Assembly: GCA_963815195.1 (NCBI GenBank)
Contig: CAWFGE010000019.1
Coordinates: forward strand, 205,311-269,310
Origin: an uncultured Planctomycetaceae bacterium
Lineage (GTDB): Bacteria; Planctomycetota; Planctomycetia; Planctomycetales; Planctomycetaceae
Direction: 5' to 3'
DNA: 64,000 bases
In this document: in pieces, positions 20,123-31,242 of the stretch
How the letters are laid out: every line of letters begins with the position of its first letter
Position numbering within the stretch: the stretch's first letter is position 1
Notes under the pieces: generated by a model
Seen by the model: only the letters and a program-made list of their open reading frames with translations
Told to the model about the DNA's origin: nothing
Databases searched by the model: none
Translations under genes and position numbers: made by a program

Positions 20123-20336
20123 GTGACAAAAAAGACTTCTTTAACTCTGAGTAACGCAGAAGCTTTAGTCCTCTTTTGATCTTGATTCGCAGCTCGAAGC
20201 AATTCTTGTCGAGCCTCTGAGAGAAGATTACGAGCACGCTGTGAGCCGCGCAAAAGATGCATTGAGAGAAATGCACCCCAGCGAGAAGCCACGATGGCGG
20301 ATTGAGGATGGCAACGCCTTCGGTCAACCTCTATAA
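20123..20336 (+). pseudogene. Remnant of a small hypothetical gene, lower GC
   Basis: VTKKTSLTLSNAEALVLF continues after a one-base shift as DLDSQLEAILVEPLREDYEHAVSRAKDALRE; AT-richer than the flanks. Confidence 0.35.
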
Positions 20337-20387
20337 TCCGCCTTCCAGCAAGAACCTTGCTCGAATATCCTCATCCAGGAGGTTCCG

Positions 20388-22148
20388 GTGTTTGCCGGTC
20401 CGATATTTCAACGCGAAACTCTGACCACGCCCCGGCAATTGCGGCATTTTCTGCTGCGGTCGGGTTATATCGCGGCGCTTTTGGTTTTGATGTACACGGC
20501 GGGGCAAGTGACGTTCGGCTGGCAGCAGGTGCGGAGCGTGGGGGCGCTCGCCCGCTTCGGGAACCTGGTGTTTCAGGTGTTCTCGCTCGTGCAGCTCTCG
20601 CTGGTTTTGTTTTTTGCGATGTTGTTCACGGCGGGAAACATCGCCCAGGAAAAAGACCGCCGGACGCTGATTCTCTTGTTGATGACCGACATGCAGGACC
20701 GCGAACTCGTCCTGGGCAAACTCTGGGCGAGCCTGCTCAACGTCGGGGTGCTGATCGCCGTCTCGGTCCCGGCGTTTGTTCTGGTGCATGCGTTTGGGGG
20801 CGTGACGTTAAGCCAAATCCTCTGGGCGGTCGCCCTCTGTGCGGCCACGGCGTTCGCCGCCGGGAGTTGGGGAGCGTTGGTCGCCTTCTGGCGGGAGAAA
20901 ACCTTCCAGACGCTCGCGGTGGGCGTGTTGGGGTTGGTCCTGTATTTGGGAATCCTCAAGTCGGCGATCCTGCTCGCCGGCAGCGAAACCACCGTCGGGC
21001 GATGGCTGGGCGTTTTTGATCCATACGACGCATTGATGGCCGTCCTCAATCCGCTGTCGCAATATACGGGGTTGGAACCGGTGCATGTGACCGCGCTGGC
21101 TCCGGTGCTGGCGATGCTGGGGTTGGGGATTGCGTTGAACCTGACGACCATCGCCCGGCTGCGGGTGTGGAATCCGTCGCGGTTCATCTACACCCAGACC
21201 GAGATGAAGTCCGAGGACGAAGCCGCCGGCGACGAGGCCCAGGTCCGCAAAACCCGCACGCGCAACGTGTGGGCGAACCCCGTGCTCTGGCGGGAAATCC
21301 GCACGCGGGCCTACGGGCGGAAAGTCATTTTCATCAAGCTCGCCTATCTGGTGCTCGCGGGGTTTGTGCTGTCGTCGCTCGCGGAAACGACCGCGGCGGG
21401 TGCCGAGTCCGCCGACAAAATCCTGGGGATGGTCTCGGCCCCCGCGTTTGCGTTTATCGCGCTCACGATCATCAGCTTGATGCTCATCAACGCCCAAGCG
21501 GTCACGTCCCTCACCACCGAACGCGACGGCAAAACCCTGGAACTCCTGCTGGTCACCGACATCACCGCGCCGGAATTCGTGTTCGGGAAACTGGGCGGCG
21601 TGCTCTATAACACCAAGGAACTCATCATCGTGCCCCTCTTGATGATCGGCTGGTTCGCCTACCGCGGCTATTTGACCTTGGAGCAGATGACGTTCCTCTT
21701 CGCCGGCTTTCTCACGCTCGTGGCGTTCGTGGGGGCGCTCGGCCTGCATGCGGGCTTGAGCTTCGACAACTCCCGCTCCGCCATCGCCAACAGCCTGGGC
21801 ACGATTTTCTTTCTGTTCATCGGCATTTTTATCTTTATGATGCTGCTCGTGGAAGCGAGTTCCTCGTTTGTCCTGCAGTTCCAGAGTTTTATCATCTTCA
21901 TCGGCGCGGGAAGCATCGCGCTCTATACTTCCCTGCGGCACAAAATTCCGTCCGTGGCTTTGACGATCTCCGCGTTCACGCTGCCTTTCTTGACGTTCTA
22001 TGCGATTACGTCGTTTTTGCTCGGGCATTATCTGGGGGTCTGCCTGGTGATTGTGACCGCCTACGGGTTCCCGGTCATCGCCATGCTGGTCCCCGCCGTC
22101 AGCGAATTCGATATGGCCCTCGGCCGCACGACCCTCGATCGCGGCTAA
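20388..22148 (+). CDS. ABC-2 type transporter permease (duplicated domain)
   Basis: Two copies of the motif EKDRRTLILLL / ERDGKTLELLL followed by GKL; many TM helices; AGGAGG RBS. Confidence 0.88.
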   Translation: MFAGPIFQRETLTTPRQLRHFLLRSGYIAALLVLMYTAGQVTFGWQQVRSVGALARFGNLVFQVFSLVQLSLVLFFAMLFTAGNIAQEKDRRTLILLLMTDMQDRELVLGKLWASLLNVGVLIAVSVPAFVLVHAFGGVTLSQILWAVALCAATAFAAGSWGALVAFWREKTFQTLAVGVLGLVLYLGILKSAILLAGSETTVGRWLGVFDPYDALMAVLNPLSQYTGLEPVHVTALAPVLAMLGLGIALNLTTIARLRVWNPSRFIYTQTEMKSEDEAAGDEAQVRKTRTRNVWANPVLWREIRTRAYGRKVIFIKLAYLVLAGFVLSSLAETTAAGAESADKILGMVSAPAFAFIALTIISLMLINAQAVTSLTTERDGKTLELLLVTDITAPEFVFGKLGGVLYNTKELIIVPLLMIGWFAYRGYLTLEQMTFLFAGFLTLVAFVGALGLHAGLSFDNSRSAIANSLGTIFFLFIGIFIFMMLLVEASSSFVLQFQSFIIFIGAGSIALYTSLRHKIPSVALTISAFTLPFLTFYAITSFLLGHYLGVCLVIVTAYGFPVIAMLVPAVSEFDMALGRTTLDRG

Positions 22149-22165
22149 CCTTTTGACGTTTCAGG

Positions 22166-23434
22166 ATGAGCGAGTTTTTGCAATTGATGGCGGGCGAGGC
22201 GCATTGGATGCTGACCATGTGCCTGTTGATGCTGGGGTCCGCGTTTTTTTCATCGTGCGAAACGGCGCTGTTTTTTCTGTCGCACGACGAACTGCGGGCG
22301 TTCCGCATGGGCCCGGCTCGCGAGCGGATCGTGGCTCAACTCTTGAGCCAGCCCGACCGCCTGCTCAGCGCGATTTTGTTCTGGAACCTCATCATCAACC
22401 TCACCTATTTCGCGGTGAGCGTCATCGTCGCCCATCAGTTGGCCAATTCCGGCCAGAACGCCGCGGCGGGGGCGTTTAGCCTGGTGAGCGTGTTCGGGAT
22501 CATTCTCCTGGGCGAGGTGCTCCCGAAAAGTTTCGCCGTCGTGTTTCGCCGGCGGTGGGCGAAGGCCGTAGGCTGGCCGCTGGCGGCGGCGGTCCGGGTC
22601 TTGGATCCCCTGCTGCCGAAGCTCGACCGGCTCACGCGGGCGGCCCGGCGGACGTTTTGGCCCCAGATCAAACGCGAACCCTATCTCGACGCGGACGACT
22701 TGGAACGGGCGGTCGAAGCGTCCAAACTCAGCGCGGACGTGGTCCGGCAGGAACGCCAGCTTCTGCACAACATCCTCGATCTCTCCGAGATCACGGTGGA
22801 GGAAGTCATGCGGCCGCGGGGCACGTATTTCTCGGCGAAGTCCCCCCTGAGCTTGTCCGAGTTCCACGGCGAAGTCCCGCCCGGCGATTATGTCGCGATC
22901 TATGCGCCCCAGTCGGACGAGATCACCGCCGCCGTGCCTTTGACGAGTTTCAGCCATGTCCCCGAAACGCACCTGGAAGAAGCCGCCGAGTCGGTGCCCT
23001 ACGTGCCCTGGTGCGCGGACTTGGCGTTTACCCTGCAACTCCTCCGCGAGCAGTTTTCGGGCATGGGGGCGGTGGTCAACGAATACGGCGAGACCATCGG
23101 CATCGTCCTGGCGGAGGACATTCTGGACACCGTGTTGATGGCCCAGCCCAGCCGGGCCCGCAGGCTGCTCGAACGCGAGCCCGTGCTGGAAGTCAGCCCC
23201 GGCAAGTATCATGTCGAGGGCATCACGACGCTTAGGTATTTGTGCAAACGGCTGGGGATCGAATACGATTCGGACGAAGAGGATTTCGTGACCGTGGCGG
23301 GCATGATGCACGAAGAACTCGAACACCTCCCCGCCGTGGGCGATGCGTGTTCCTGGAGAGGCTATGAAGTGAAAGTCATCGAAGTCATCGGCCGCGGCCG
23401 AGTCCGTGTGATGCTCTCGAAAGAGGAAGGATAG
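22166..23434 (+). CDS. CNNM (DUF21)-CBS-CorC domain protein
   Basis: SAFFSSCETALF, GEVLPKS, VEEVMRPR, VVNEYGETIGIV, C-terminal TVAG. Confidence 0.9.
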   Translation: MSEFLQLMAGEAHWMLTMCLLMLGSAFFSSCETALFFLSHDELRAFRMGPARERIVAQLLSQPDRLLSAILFWNLIINLTYFAVSVIVAHQLANSGQNAAAGAFSLVSVFGIILLGEVLPKSFAVVFRRRWAKAVGWPLAAAVRVLDPLLPKLDRLTRAARRTFWPQIKREPYLDADDLERAVEASKLSADVVRQERQLLHNILDLSEITVEEVMRPRGTYFSAKSPLSLSEFHGEVPPGDYVAIYAPQSDEITAAVPLTSFSHVPETHLEEAAESVPYVPWCADLAFTLQLLREQFSGMGAVVNEYGETIGIVLAEDILDTVLMAQPSRARRLLEREPVLEVSPGKYHVEGITTLRYLCKRLGIEYDSDEEDFVTVAGMMHEELEHLPAVGDACSWRGYEVKVIEVIGRGRVRVMLSKEEG

Positions 23435-23465
23435 ACGGCGGAACCGGCTCGCCGATTTCCCTTCT

Positions 23466-25530
23466 TCAATCCACCGGGCGGGACGGGCGCGGGCGGCGCA
23501 TGCGGTAGCGTTTGAGCTTGCGGTCCAACGTGGAGCGTTCGATGCCCAGGATCTGGGCGGCGCGGGACTTGTTCCAATCGGTCCAATCCAGCGTGGCCAG
23601 GATGTGCTCTCGCTCGAGAGCTTCCAGGCTCACCTCGCGGTAGCCGGCGGGTGTGGTCATGTCGGGCTGGTCGGGCTTTTCGGCCCGCAATGTCGAGAGC
23701 TGAATGTCTCCCGCCGTGACCTCATTGGCCTGGCAGAGAATCACCGACCGCTCGATGACGTTTTGCAGCTCGCGGACGTTGCCCGGCCAGTTGTAATGGA
23801 GCAGCGATTCGAGCACCCCCGGCTGAAGCCCGTGATCGGGCGGTTCGTCTTTTGGGCGGAGCGCTCGAGGAAATGTTTCGCGAGCAGCGGGATGTCCGAG
23901 CGGCGCTCCCTGAGCGGCACCACGACCAACTCCACGACGTGCAGGCGGAAGTAAAGGTCTTTGCGGAACGTGCCCTGGCCCACGGCTTCTTCGAGATCGC
24001 GGTTGGTGGCGGCGACGACGCGGACATTGACGGAAATCGGCGTGCTCCCGCCCACGCGCTCGAAGGGATGCCCTTCCAAAACCCTGAGGAACTTCGCCTG
24101 GATCGCCTGGCTCATCTCGCCGACTTCATCGAGGAACAAGGTGCCCTTGTGGGCCTGCTCGAACTTGCCGGACTTGCGGCTGGTCGCCCCGGTGAAGGAA
24201 CCTTTCTCGTGCCCGAAGAGCTCGCTTTCCAAGAGGCTCTCGCTGAGGGCGGCGCAGTTCATGCACACGAACGGCCCGTCGCGGCGGTCGCTGTTGAAGT
24301 GAATCGCCCGGGCCACCAGTTCTTTCCCGACGCCGCTTTCCCCGCGAATGAGTGCGGTGGCGTCGGTGGGGGCGATGCGGCGGATCGTTTCCCGCAGCTG
24401 CTGGATGGGCCGGCTTTCACCCACCAGCTCGCCGTCGAGCTCCAACTGCCGGCGGAGGGTTTTGTTCTCGTCGGTCGCGCGCACAGGCCGTCGGCCAGCG
24501 ATTCCCGCTCGATGAAATGTTGGAGCACGACCGCCATCTGATCGGCGACCGCGAGCGTGAACTCCAGATCGTCCGGCTTGAGCGGCTTTTCGGGATCGGT
24601 CGAATACAAATGCACGAGGCCGTGGAGCGTGTCGTTGTTGCGGATGGGAGCGCAAATCACGCTCTGCACGCGAATCTCTTCCAGGCTTTCGCGGTTGGAC
24701 AGTTTGGAATCGTCGGTGATGTCGCGGGCAAGCACGGCTTCGCGGCGATCGAGGACAATTTTGGAAAGGTATTCCGAAACCTGCTCGTAGGCCGAGTCGG
24801 TCTCCGCCCGGTACACGGCTTGATATAGCTGGTCGGGCGTGGGCGTGCCTTGGGAGGGCTCGTGCAACAGCAGAATCGCCCCGATGTCCGCCGGCGTCGC
24901 GGCAAACAGGCCCGTGAGCACCATCCGCGCGAGGGCCCGCGAATCGGAGGCGTTGCCCATCTCGAGGGCCAGGCGGTACAGGCTCGCCAGTTCCCGGCTG
25001 ATGCGTTCGCGTCCGACGAGTTCGTCCGCCGAGGCGTCGCGGAAGCGGGATTTGCGGGTGCGGTGGATGATCTCCGCGCTCGAGCCGCCCTCGGCGTTGG
25101 GCGAGATGATGGAAATATCGGTCGCCGTGTCGGTGGGGCGGTCCAGCATTTCCCGCTCGCTGCTTTCGACAAACGGGCGGAACGGTTTGGAGATGTCGTA
25201 GGTGAAGCCGATCTCGCATTCGCCGATCTGGATGATCTCGCCGTCCTCGAGTTCCCAATCCGAGGTGACCGGTTCGCCGCTGACGAGGGTTCCGTTTCGG
25301 CTGCCCAGGTCGCGGAGCGTCCAGTGGGGGCCGTTTTGAAGAATCTCGCAGTGGTTCCGGCTGCAGACTTCGTCGGAGAGCACGATGCGGTTCGTCGGCG
25401 CACGGCCGACGGTGGTGACCTTGCCGGGCATCAGGCGGAACACATCCCGCCAGGAGGACCCGTCGCGGATGAGCAAATACGCCGGGCGATCCCAGTCTTC
25501 GGAAGAAATGGAGGAGGAATCTGTGGGCAT
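23466..25530 (-). CDS. Sigma54-dependent activator, FHA-GAF-AAA+-Fis HTH (apparent frameshifts near 24480 and 23820)
   Basis: FHA VGRAPTN...SRNH...[66 protein letters not shown]. Confidence 0.93.
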
Positions 25531-25754
25531 TACCGCCAAGGGGATAAGAAAAAGGACAGGAAACCAAGGTCAGGGGTCAGGGAAAGCATATCGGACGCAA
25601 ATCGGAATCTGCAAGGACGCGCCCCGGCGCGGTACTCTTGCACTTGGCCCGCCCTTTTTGCATTCTAGTGTTTTGCCGCCCGGCCGGTGAATGGGGATGT
25701 TTTGATCTGAAGAGGAATTCCGTCACACTCTTATCATACGAAAGATTGCCTCCG

Positions 25755-27004
25755 ATGCCCACAATTTGCTTTGCGAACTTTCGCCGATTCACGTTTCTTC
25801 TGGCCTTGTTCCTCTTCGCCGGGTCCGCCCAGGCGGAGAATTGGACTCGCTTCCGCGGCGACAACGGCAACGGCGTCAGCGGACAGGAGGGGATTCCCGT
25901 CACCTGGAGCCCCGGCGATTACGAATGGAACATCGAGCTGCCCGGCCTCGGGCATTCGTCCCCGGTGATTTATGGCAATCGGTTGTTCGTGACCACCGCC
26001 GTCGACGATGGGGCGGTGCGGTACTTGTACGCCCTGGACGCCTCGACCGGGAAGGAAATCTGGTCTCAGGCGGTGGGCTACAACAAGAGCCATAAGCACA
26101 ACAAAAGCAGTTGGGCCTCGAGCACGCCCGCGACCGACGGCGAGCGGGTGTACGTCGCCTTCGCCGATGAGGAACGCTACACGTTGGCGGCGTGGGATTT
26201 TGACGGCCGGCTCGTCTGGCGGCGGAATCTGGGGCCGTTCGTCAGCCAGCACGGGCAAGGCGTGTCGCCGATGGTGTTCGAGGGGATGGTGATTATGGCC
26301 AACGATCAAATGGGCCGAACTCCATCATCGCCTTGGAGGCCAAGACCGGCAAAACCGTGTGGAGCACGCTGCGGGATGTGCGGCGGACTTCGTACGCGAC
26401 GCCGATGATCTACCAAAAGGAGGGCCAAAAACCGCAGTTGATCTGCGTCAGCGGCGCGATGGGCGTGACCAGCCTGGACCCGTACACGGGGAAGATGAAC
26501 TGGATGACGGGGGAGTTTCCGCTCCGCACCGTGGCGTCTCCGGTGGCGGGCGACGATCTGATCATCGCGTCCTGCGGAGGCGGAGGCGTGGGCAAACTGT
26601 TGATCGCGGTCAATCCCAACGCCAACGAAGCCGCGGGCGAGCCGCGGATTGTTTACGAGCGCGAACGCATCCTGCCCTACGTCCCCACGCCGGTGATTTA
26701 CGAAGGGCATCTCTACCTGTGGAACGACAACGGCGTGGTGAGTTGCGTGGAGCTCAAGACGGGCAAGAACATCTGGACCAAGCGCGTGGGCGGCAATTAC
26801 AGCGGCTCGACGGTCGTCGTCGACGGCAGAATCTACATCATGAGCGAAGAGGGCAAATGCGTTGTGATCGCGGCGTCGCCCAAGTTTGAAAAGCTCGCCG
26901 AGAACGACCTGGGCGATCCCAGCCACGCCACGCCCGCCGTCGCGGGCGGCCGGTTGTATCTCCGCACCTTCCACCGCCTGATGTGCCTCAAAGCCGAGGA
27001 ATAA
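25755..27004 (+). CDS. PQQ-binding-like beta-propeller protein (apparent frameshift near 26315)
   Basis: ENWTRFRGDNG, GHSSPVI, ASSTPATDGERVY, ATPAVAGGRLYLRT. Confidence 0.9.
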
Positions 27005-27054
27005 TGCCCGGCGACGGAAAAGTGCAAGCCGATACGCGCGAGATTCCGCGCTGC

Positions 27055-27094
27055 GCAAGAAACAACGGCCCAACGATGGGCCGTTGTTTCTTGC
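27055..27094. terminator. Hairpin between convergent genes
   Basis: GCAAGAAACAACGGCCCA-acga-TGGGCCGTTGTTTCTTGC, 18-bp perfect stem. Confidence 0.7.
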
Positions 27095-27130
27095 CGGCGG
27101 CCCGAAGCCGCCCTTACGGAAAACTGCGCG

Positions 27131-27334
27131 TCAATTGGCGGCCTGCCAGTTGTATTTGGAGAGTTCGACCGTGAGCAGGGCACAGCCTGTGACGACGGCC
27201 AGAAAGCCGGCCATCAACAGGGCGGTGTAGGCGTCGAGAGGCGGTTTGTCGGAAGAGGATCCGCCTTTGGCTTTTTTGGTTTTGGTGGTTTTGGTGGCTT
27301 TGGGCTTTTTCGCTTTAGATTTTCGTGGTGACAT
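27131..27334 (-). CDS. Small membrane protein with Lys-rich N-terminus
   Basis: 67 aa, one TM helix (DAYTALLMAGFLAVVTGCALL), overlaps the upstream gene's end. Confidence 0.7.
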   Translation of the reverse strand: MSPRKSKAKKPKATKTTKTKKAKGGSSSDKPPLDAYTALLMAGFLAVVTGCALLTVELSKYNWQAAN

Positions 27335-28256
27335 AATCTCCCCGCTGAATGATGCCGTTTTTCGATTTTTGGATCACCTTGCCGACGGCGCGGTCCGCCT
27401 GAACATAGACTAACTGCATCCGGCCAAGATATTGGCCTCCGTTCGTGGTGCGATAGATGTCGAGTTCGTGGCCTAGAGAAAGCCCGTCGTCGCTGCCGAT
27501 GGAGATTTCCACAAGCTCGTTGCCGCCCGTCCGCTGGGGGGTTTTGGTGTTAAAGACGAGGCCCCGCACCAGCGGCGGCGGTTCGTCCTTGGCCAAGGCT
27601 TCCTCTTCGTTGATACCTTCTTTGCGAATGACTTCCTGCAAATAGGCCACGTGCTGGAGCAAGCCCTTGTGCTTGGTGTTCATGCTGCGGGCCGCGGTCT
27701 CGTTGTTGAACAACTCGTCCTTCAGGGTGAAGACTTCATCCTGGAGGCCCGCGACCTGTTTGTTCAAGTTCTTGTTGGTTTCTTTGAGCTTGATCGCTTC
27801 CTCGGCGCGTTCCTTGGATTCCTTCTCGGCGTATTCGTTTTTAATTTTTTCGCGGTTGAAGTTGTCGTCGGATTCCATGAGTTCCTTCTCTTTGGCCGCG
27901 AGCTGCCGCTCCAGGTTGGCGGCTTTCGTTTCCGCAATTTCCGCCCGCGTGGCGAGGGCCGCGAGCTGCGTCCGCATGCCTTTGTCCTCGATATGACCCG
28001 CAAACGTGTCGATATTGGCGATGTAGCCCTCGATGTCCTGCTGGATCGACTGCGTCGCCGCCAGGTCCTTGTTGAGGAGCGAGATTTCCTCGTCCTTTTG
28101 GGCGATGTCCTGTTCCCTGCTCTGGAGGTCCGCGACTTTCTGGTCGTAGGCCGTCTTCCAGTCCTGTTGGACGGTATACACCGCCCCGGCGAACGCCATG
28201 AAACATAGACTCAAAATCACTTGCACAATCACCAGGACTTTGCCGACGAAAGTCAT
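27315..28256 (-). CDS. Membrane-anchored coiled-coil protein with C-terminal beta domain
   Basis: MTFVGKVLVIVQ TM anchor, long coiled coil, VEISIGSDDGL...IQRGDYV; GGAGA upstream. Confidence 0.85.
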   Translation of the reverse strand: MTFVGKVLVIVQVILSLCFMAFAGAVYTVQQDWKTAYDQKVADLQSREQDIAQKDEEISLLNKDLAATQSIQQDIEGYIANIDTFAGHIEDKGMRTQLAALATRAEIAETKAANLERQLAAKEKELMESDDNFNREKIKNEYAEKESKERAEEAIKLKETNKNLNKQVAGLQDEVFTLKDELFNNETAARSMNTKHKGLLQHVAYLQEVIRKEGINEEEALAKDEPPPLVRGLVFNTKTPQRTGGNELVEISIGSDDGLSLGHELDIYRTTNGGQYLGRMQLVYVQADRAVGKVIQKSKNGIIQRGDYVTTKI

Positions 28257-28349
28257 CCTCAGGTCTCCAAACAATTAAAGATTGGAAGTGTTTGCCGTTG
28301 TTGTATCCGAACCCGCACGAGTGGGCTTTTGACGGTGGTCCGCTGCGGC

Positions 28350-29101
28350 TTACGAGCCGGTTCCAGTTTGCGTCGCCGGGACCGGTTCGGGTTCTTCATA
28401 GTTCGAGCGCTTCCTGCGCTGACGAGCCCGCGAAGCTGCTGGTTTCGCTCTTTCAACCGCGCGATCACGCCCTGATACCGCTCCCAGGTGTCCCGCAGTT
28501 TTTTCTGATGTTCCACGGACCGGAACCGATCGGCGTCGGACTCGGCCACGTAATTCCGCAAGCGGTAGATGTCTTCCCGCCGCTCTTCCGCCGACGCGAA
28601 TTTCAACTCGGCGTCGCGGGCTTTCTGGCTGACCTCCTGCGTCGTCTGCACCAAAGCCGCGCTGAGGTTGGCGAGTTCCTCTTCCAACCGCTGGCGGTAT
28701 TGCTTGAGCGCCCGAATGTCCTGCAGAATCAGGGCTTTGATGCCTTCGTTGGGATCGTTGATGGAAAACTCGAAGCCTTCGATCCCCACGATGCTCTTCG
28801 CCTGATCCCCTTGCTCCAATAGCGCGATCCGCTGCTGCTGGCGGGTTTGGATGTCGTTGAGCACATCGACGATTTTGGGGGGGAGCGCCTTGTCGGCGCC
28901 GCCGGCCGGCTGCTGGTCGTCCCGGACTTTTGCCGACCACTCGGGATTTTCGCCGCCGGAGTTTTCGAAGGTGTAGTTGTCGAACTCGTGGGTCATGCCT
29001 TCCCAGTTCGGGCCGGCGACGAGGGACACCATCACAAATCCGAGAAACGCAAAGCTCGCCGCCGTGATGAAAAGTGCCAGGATCTTGCTGAGGGTGGTCA
29101 T
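28350..29101 (-). CDS. Membrane-anchored coiled-coil protein (3' end uncertain, possible frameshift near 28410)
   Basis: MTTLSKILALF TM anchor similar to the neighbouring gene, followed by a helical region. Confidence 0.75.
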
Positions 29102-29656
29102 CAGGATGACAATCTTGGGTGGACTTGGGTGAAATCGTGGGAACCCGGTTGGAAGTGCTTCGGCAAAATCTGACTATACCAGACTTTACACCAAAAATCA
29201 CCGAATATTCCCGCGGGAAGGGGAATTTCCCAAGGGAATGGAAAAAGGTTCGGATTAAGACAGGCTGATGCGACGGCGTTCATCAAACACCATCAGCGCT
29301 TGAGGACACCGCCCTCTGAAAGATTATAGGGGAGCGAAAAAACGAGAGTCAAATGGTAATCCGCGATTTTGTTCGACGACGCCCGTCTTGGAAAACCCAA
29401 AATCCGAATCTCGCAATCGAAACCTCGGATTTTCGTGTTTCGGATGTCCACGGGAAGGCCTCTCCCGCAACAATCCCGCACTTTTTGGCGGTTCTATCGA
29501 AGATTCCGGTTCTCCCGGTCGATACTTATGGTGCGGCGGATCCTGATCGTCAAAACCACGGCAGTCCGTGCCAACCACGCCGTCGTCGTCTTGTTCAATC
29601 GAGACGCACGAACACGCGTCTAGTTCATCCACACCGGGACGAGGGGTGTCTCTCTC

Positions 29657-29953
29657 ATGGATCGCAAAAAATTCACCCGCTGGTCGCAAGCGGCCGCCCT
29701 CGCCGGGGGACTGGGCGTGGCGGTACTCGCTACGGGCTGCCAAACCACTGTCGGCGGTCAAACGCTTCCCTCGGCCTATTACCTCCTGGACGATGTGCAA
29801 TACTTCCCCCACGGCCCGGAATTCGTGCTGACGAAAGAAGTCGAAGAGCACGAGAACTACCGGCTCAGGCAACAAGCCATCAATCAAGGGATCAATCCAA
29901 ACGCGGTGGCCCCGCCACCGCCCGCTGCGGGAGCCCCGCCCGTCGGTCCCTGA
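29657..29953 (+). CDS. Small lipoprotein
   Basis: Lipobox LATGC followed by GGQTLPSAYYLLDDVQYFP; GAGGGG RBS. Confidence 0.8.
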   Translation: MDRKKFTRWSQAAALAGGLGVAVLATGCQTTVGGQTLPSAYYLLDDVQYFPHGPEFVLTKEVEEHENYRLRQQAINQGINPNAVAPPPPAAGAPPVGP

Positions 29954-30371
29954 TGTTCGGGCCGCAATCCGAAACTCCCTCCAACTCACTTTCAGGCAGA
30001 CACGCGCAGTAATCGCGTGCGGCGGTCGGCCAACCGTGCGGACTTCTCTTGCGAGACACCGCACCGGCTTTCCGCCGCCAGGGGGGACGGTTCCCTCCGC
30101 AGGCCAGCGGCTTCTGATGTCCTGAGCTTTCAGGTCCGTCCGAAGCCGCCGGCCTGCGGAGGGAATTTCTCATTGGGGACGGGAGAAACTTGCGACGGGC
30201 TGAATCCTGCGCGCACAATTCGGCGCGTTTTTCGGTTAAAATCCGAAGCACGAAATCTTAAATCCGGCAACGAGAAGCCGGTTGACCCACTCCCGGGCGA
30301 TTGCGAACAATGGGGAACGCCCCGCAAACCCGGTAGAATTCCCAAGCCACTTTGATGCTATGGTTACTGAG

Positions 30372-30818
30372 ATGGAAGGACAACAAGCATTTCCAATTGG
30401 GCGACGCTGGCTGGCTTGGGGATTGATCCTGTTGGCCCTCGGCGGAAGCGTGCCGGTCGCGAAGGCGGATGTGCCGCCGGAGCCGACGCCGGCCCAGCAG
30501 GAGTTTCGGGAACCCGACGCCGGCGAACCAGAGCGGCTCGTGACGATCGCGATTTACCTCTTGATCGCGGTGACGGTGGCGATTGTCTCGCTGTTGATTC
30601 TGGTGATTCTCTGGGGAGCGCGGGTCCGCCGGCAAGCCCGAAAGCCTTTGCCCTCCACGACACCCAACGATCCGCTCTGGTATTTGAAAGGCAAAAACTC
30701 CAAACTCGCCGAACCGAACCCGGCCCCCGGCGTGTCCGAATCAAGTCAACCCGGCGAACAGGAGGGAGGACAAGCGTCTGCGAATCCCGGCAACTCCGAC
30801 GAACCGCCGTCCGCGTGA
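30372..30818 (+). CDS. Hypothetical membrane protein (start uncertain)
   Basis: Signal-like segment, one further TM helix, then DPLWYLK and a P-rich tail. Confidence 0.6.
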   Translation: MEGQQAFPIGRRWLAWGLILLALGGSVPVAKADVPPEPTPAQQEFREPDAGEPERLVTIAIYLLIAVTVAIVSLLILVILWGARVRRQARKPLPSTTPNDPLWYLKGKNSKLAEPNPAPGVSESSQPGEQEGGQASANPGNSDEPPSA

Positions 30819-30839
30819 TTTATCTTGTGGAATCTTCCA

Positions 30840-31241
30840 GTGACCGAACCCGTCGTCCGCTACAAAATCTCGAAGGCGCAGCGAATTCGCAGTTCGCGGG
30901 AGTTTGCGCGGATTTACGATCACAAGCAGCGGGTGGGGGACGAGCATCTGCTCGTGTTCGGTTTGCGGAACGATCTGGGCGTCACCCGGTTTGGGCTCAG
31001 CGTCTCCAAGAAGCACGGCAACGCCGTCCGGCGGGCGCGGCTCAAACGGCTGTTGCGGGAAGCGTTTCGATTGTCGCAGCACGAACTGCCCGCCGGCTTG
31101 GACTTGGTGCTGATTCCCCGCCAGGACTCCGGGGCGGCGCTCGCGGATTACCGCGCATCGCTCGAAAGGTTGGGCCGCCGATTGGATCGGCGGTTGGGCG
31201 AACCTGCGGAAAACTATCCGCCCAGGAGCCAACCGCGATGA
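30840..31241 (+). CDS. rnpA: Ribonuclease P protein component
   Basis: [40 protein letters not shown]. Confidence 0.93.
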   Translation: MTEPVVRYKISKAQRIRSSREFARIYDHKQRVGDEHLLVFGLRNDLGVTRFGLSVSKKHGNAVRRARLKRLLREAFRLSQHELPAGLDLVLIPRQDSGAALADYRASLERLGRRLDRRLGEPAENYPPRSQPR

Positions 31242-31242
31242 A

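Noticed and set aside
30125..30155. TCAGGTCCG...GAAGC resembling the SRP RNA core
   Set aside because: Lacks the GNRA loop and GGAAGCAG motif, and the bases are tied up in a different hairpin.
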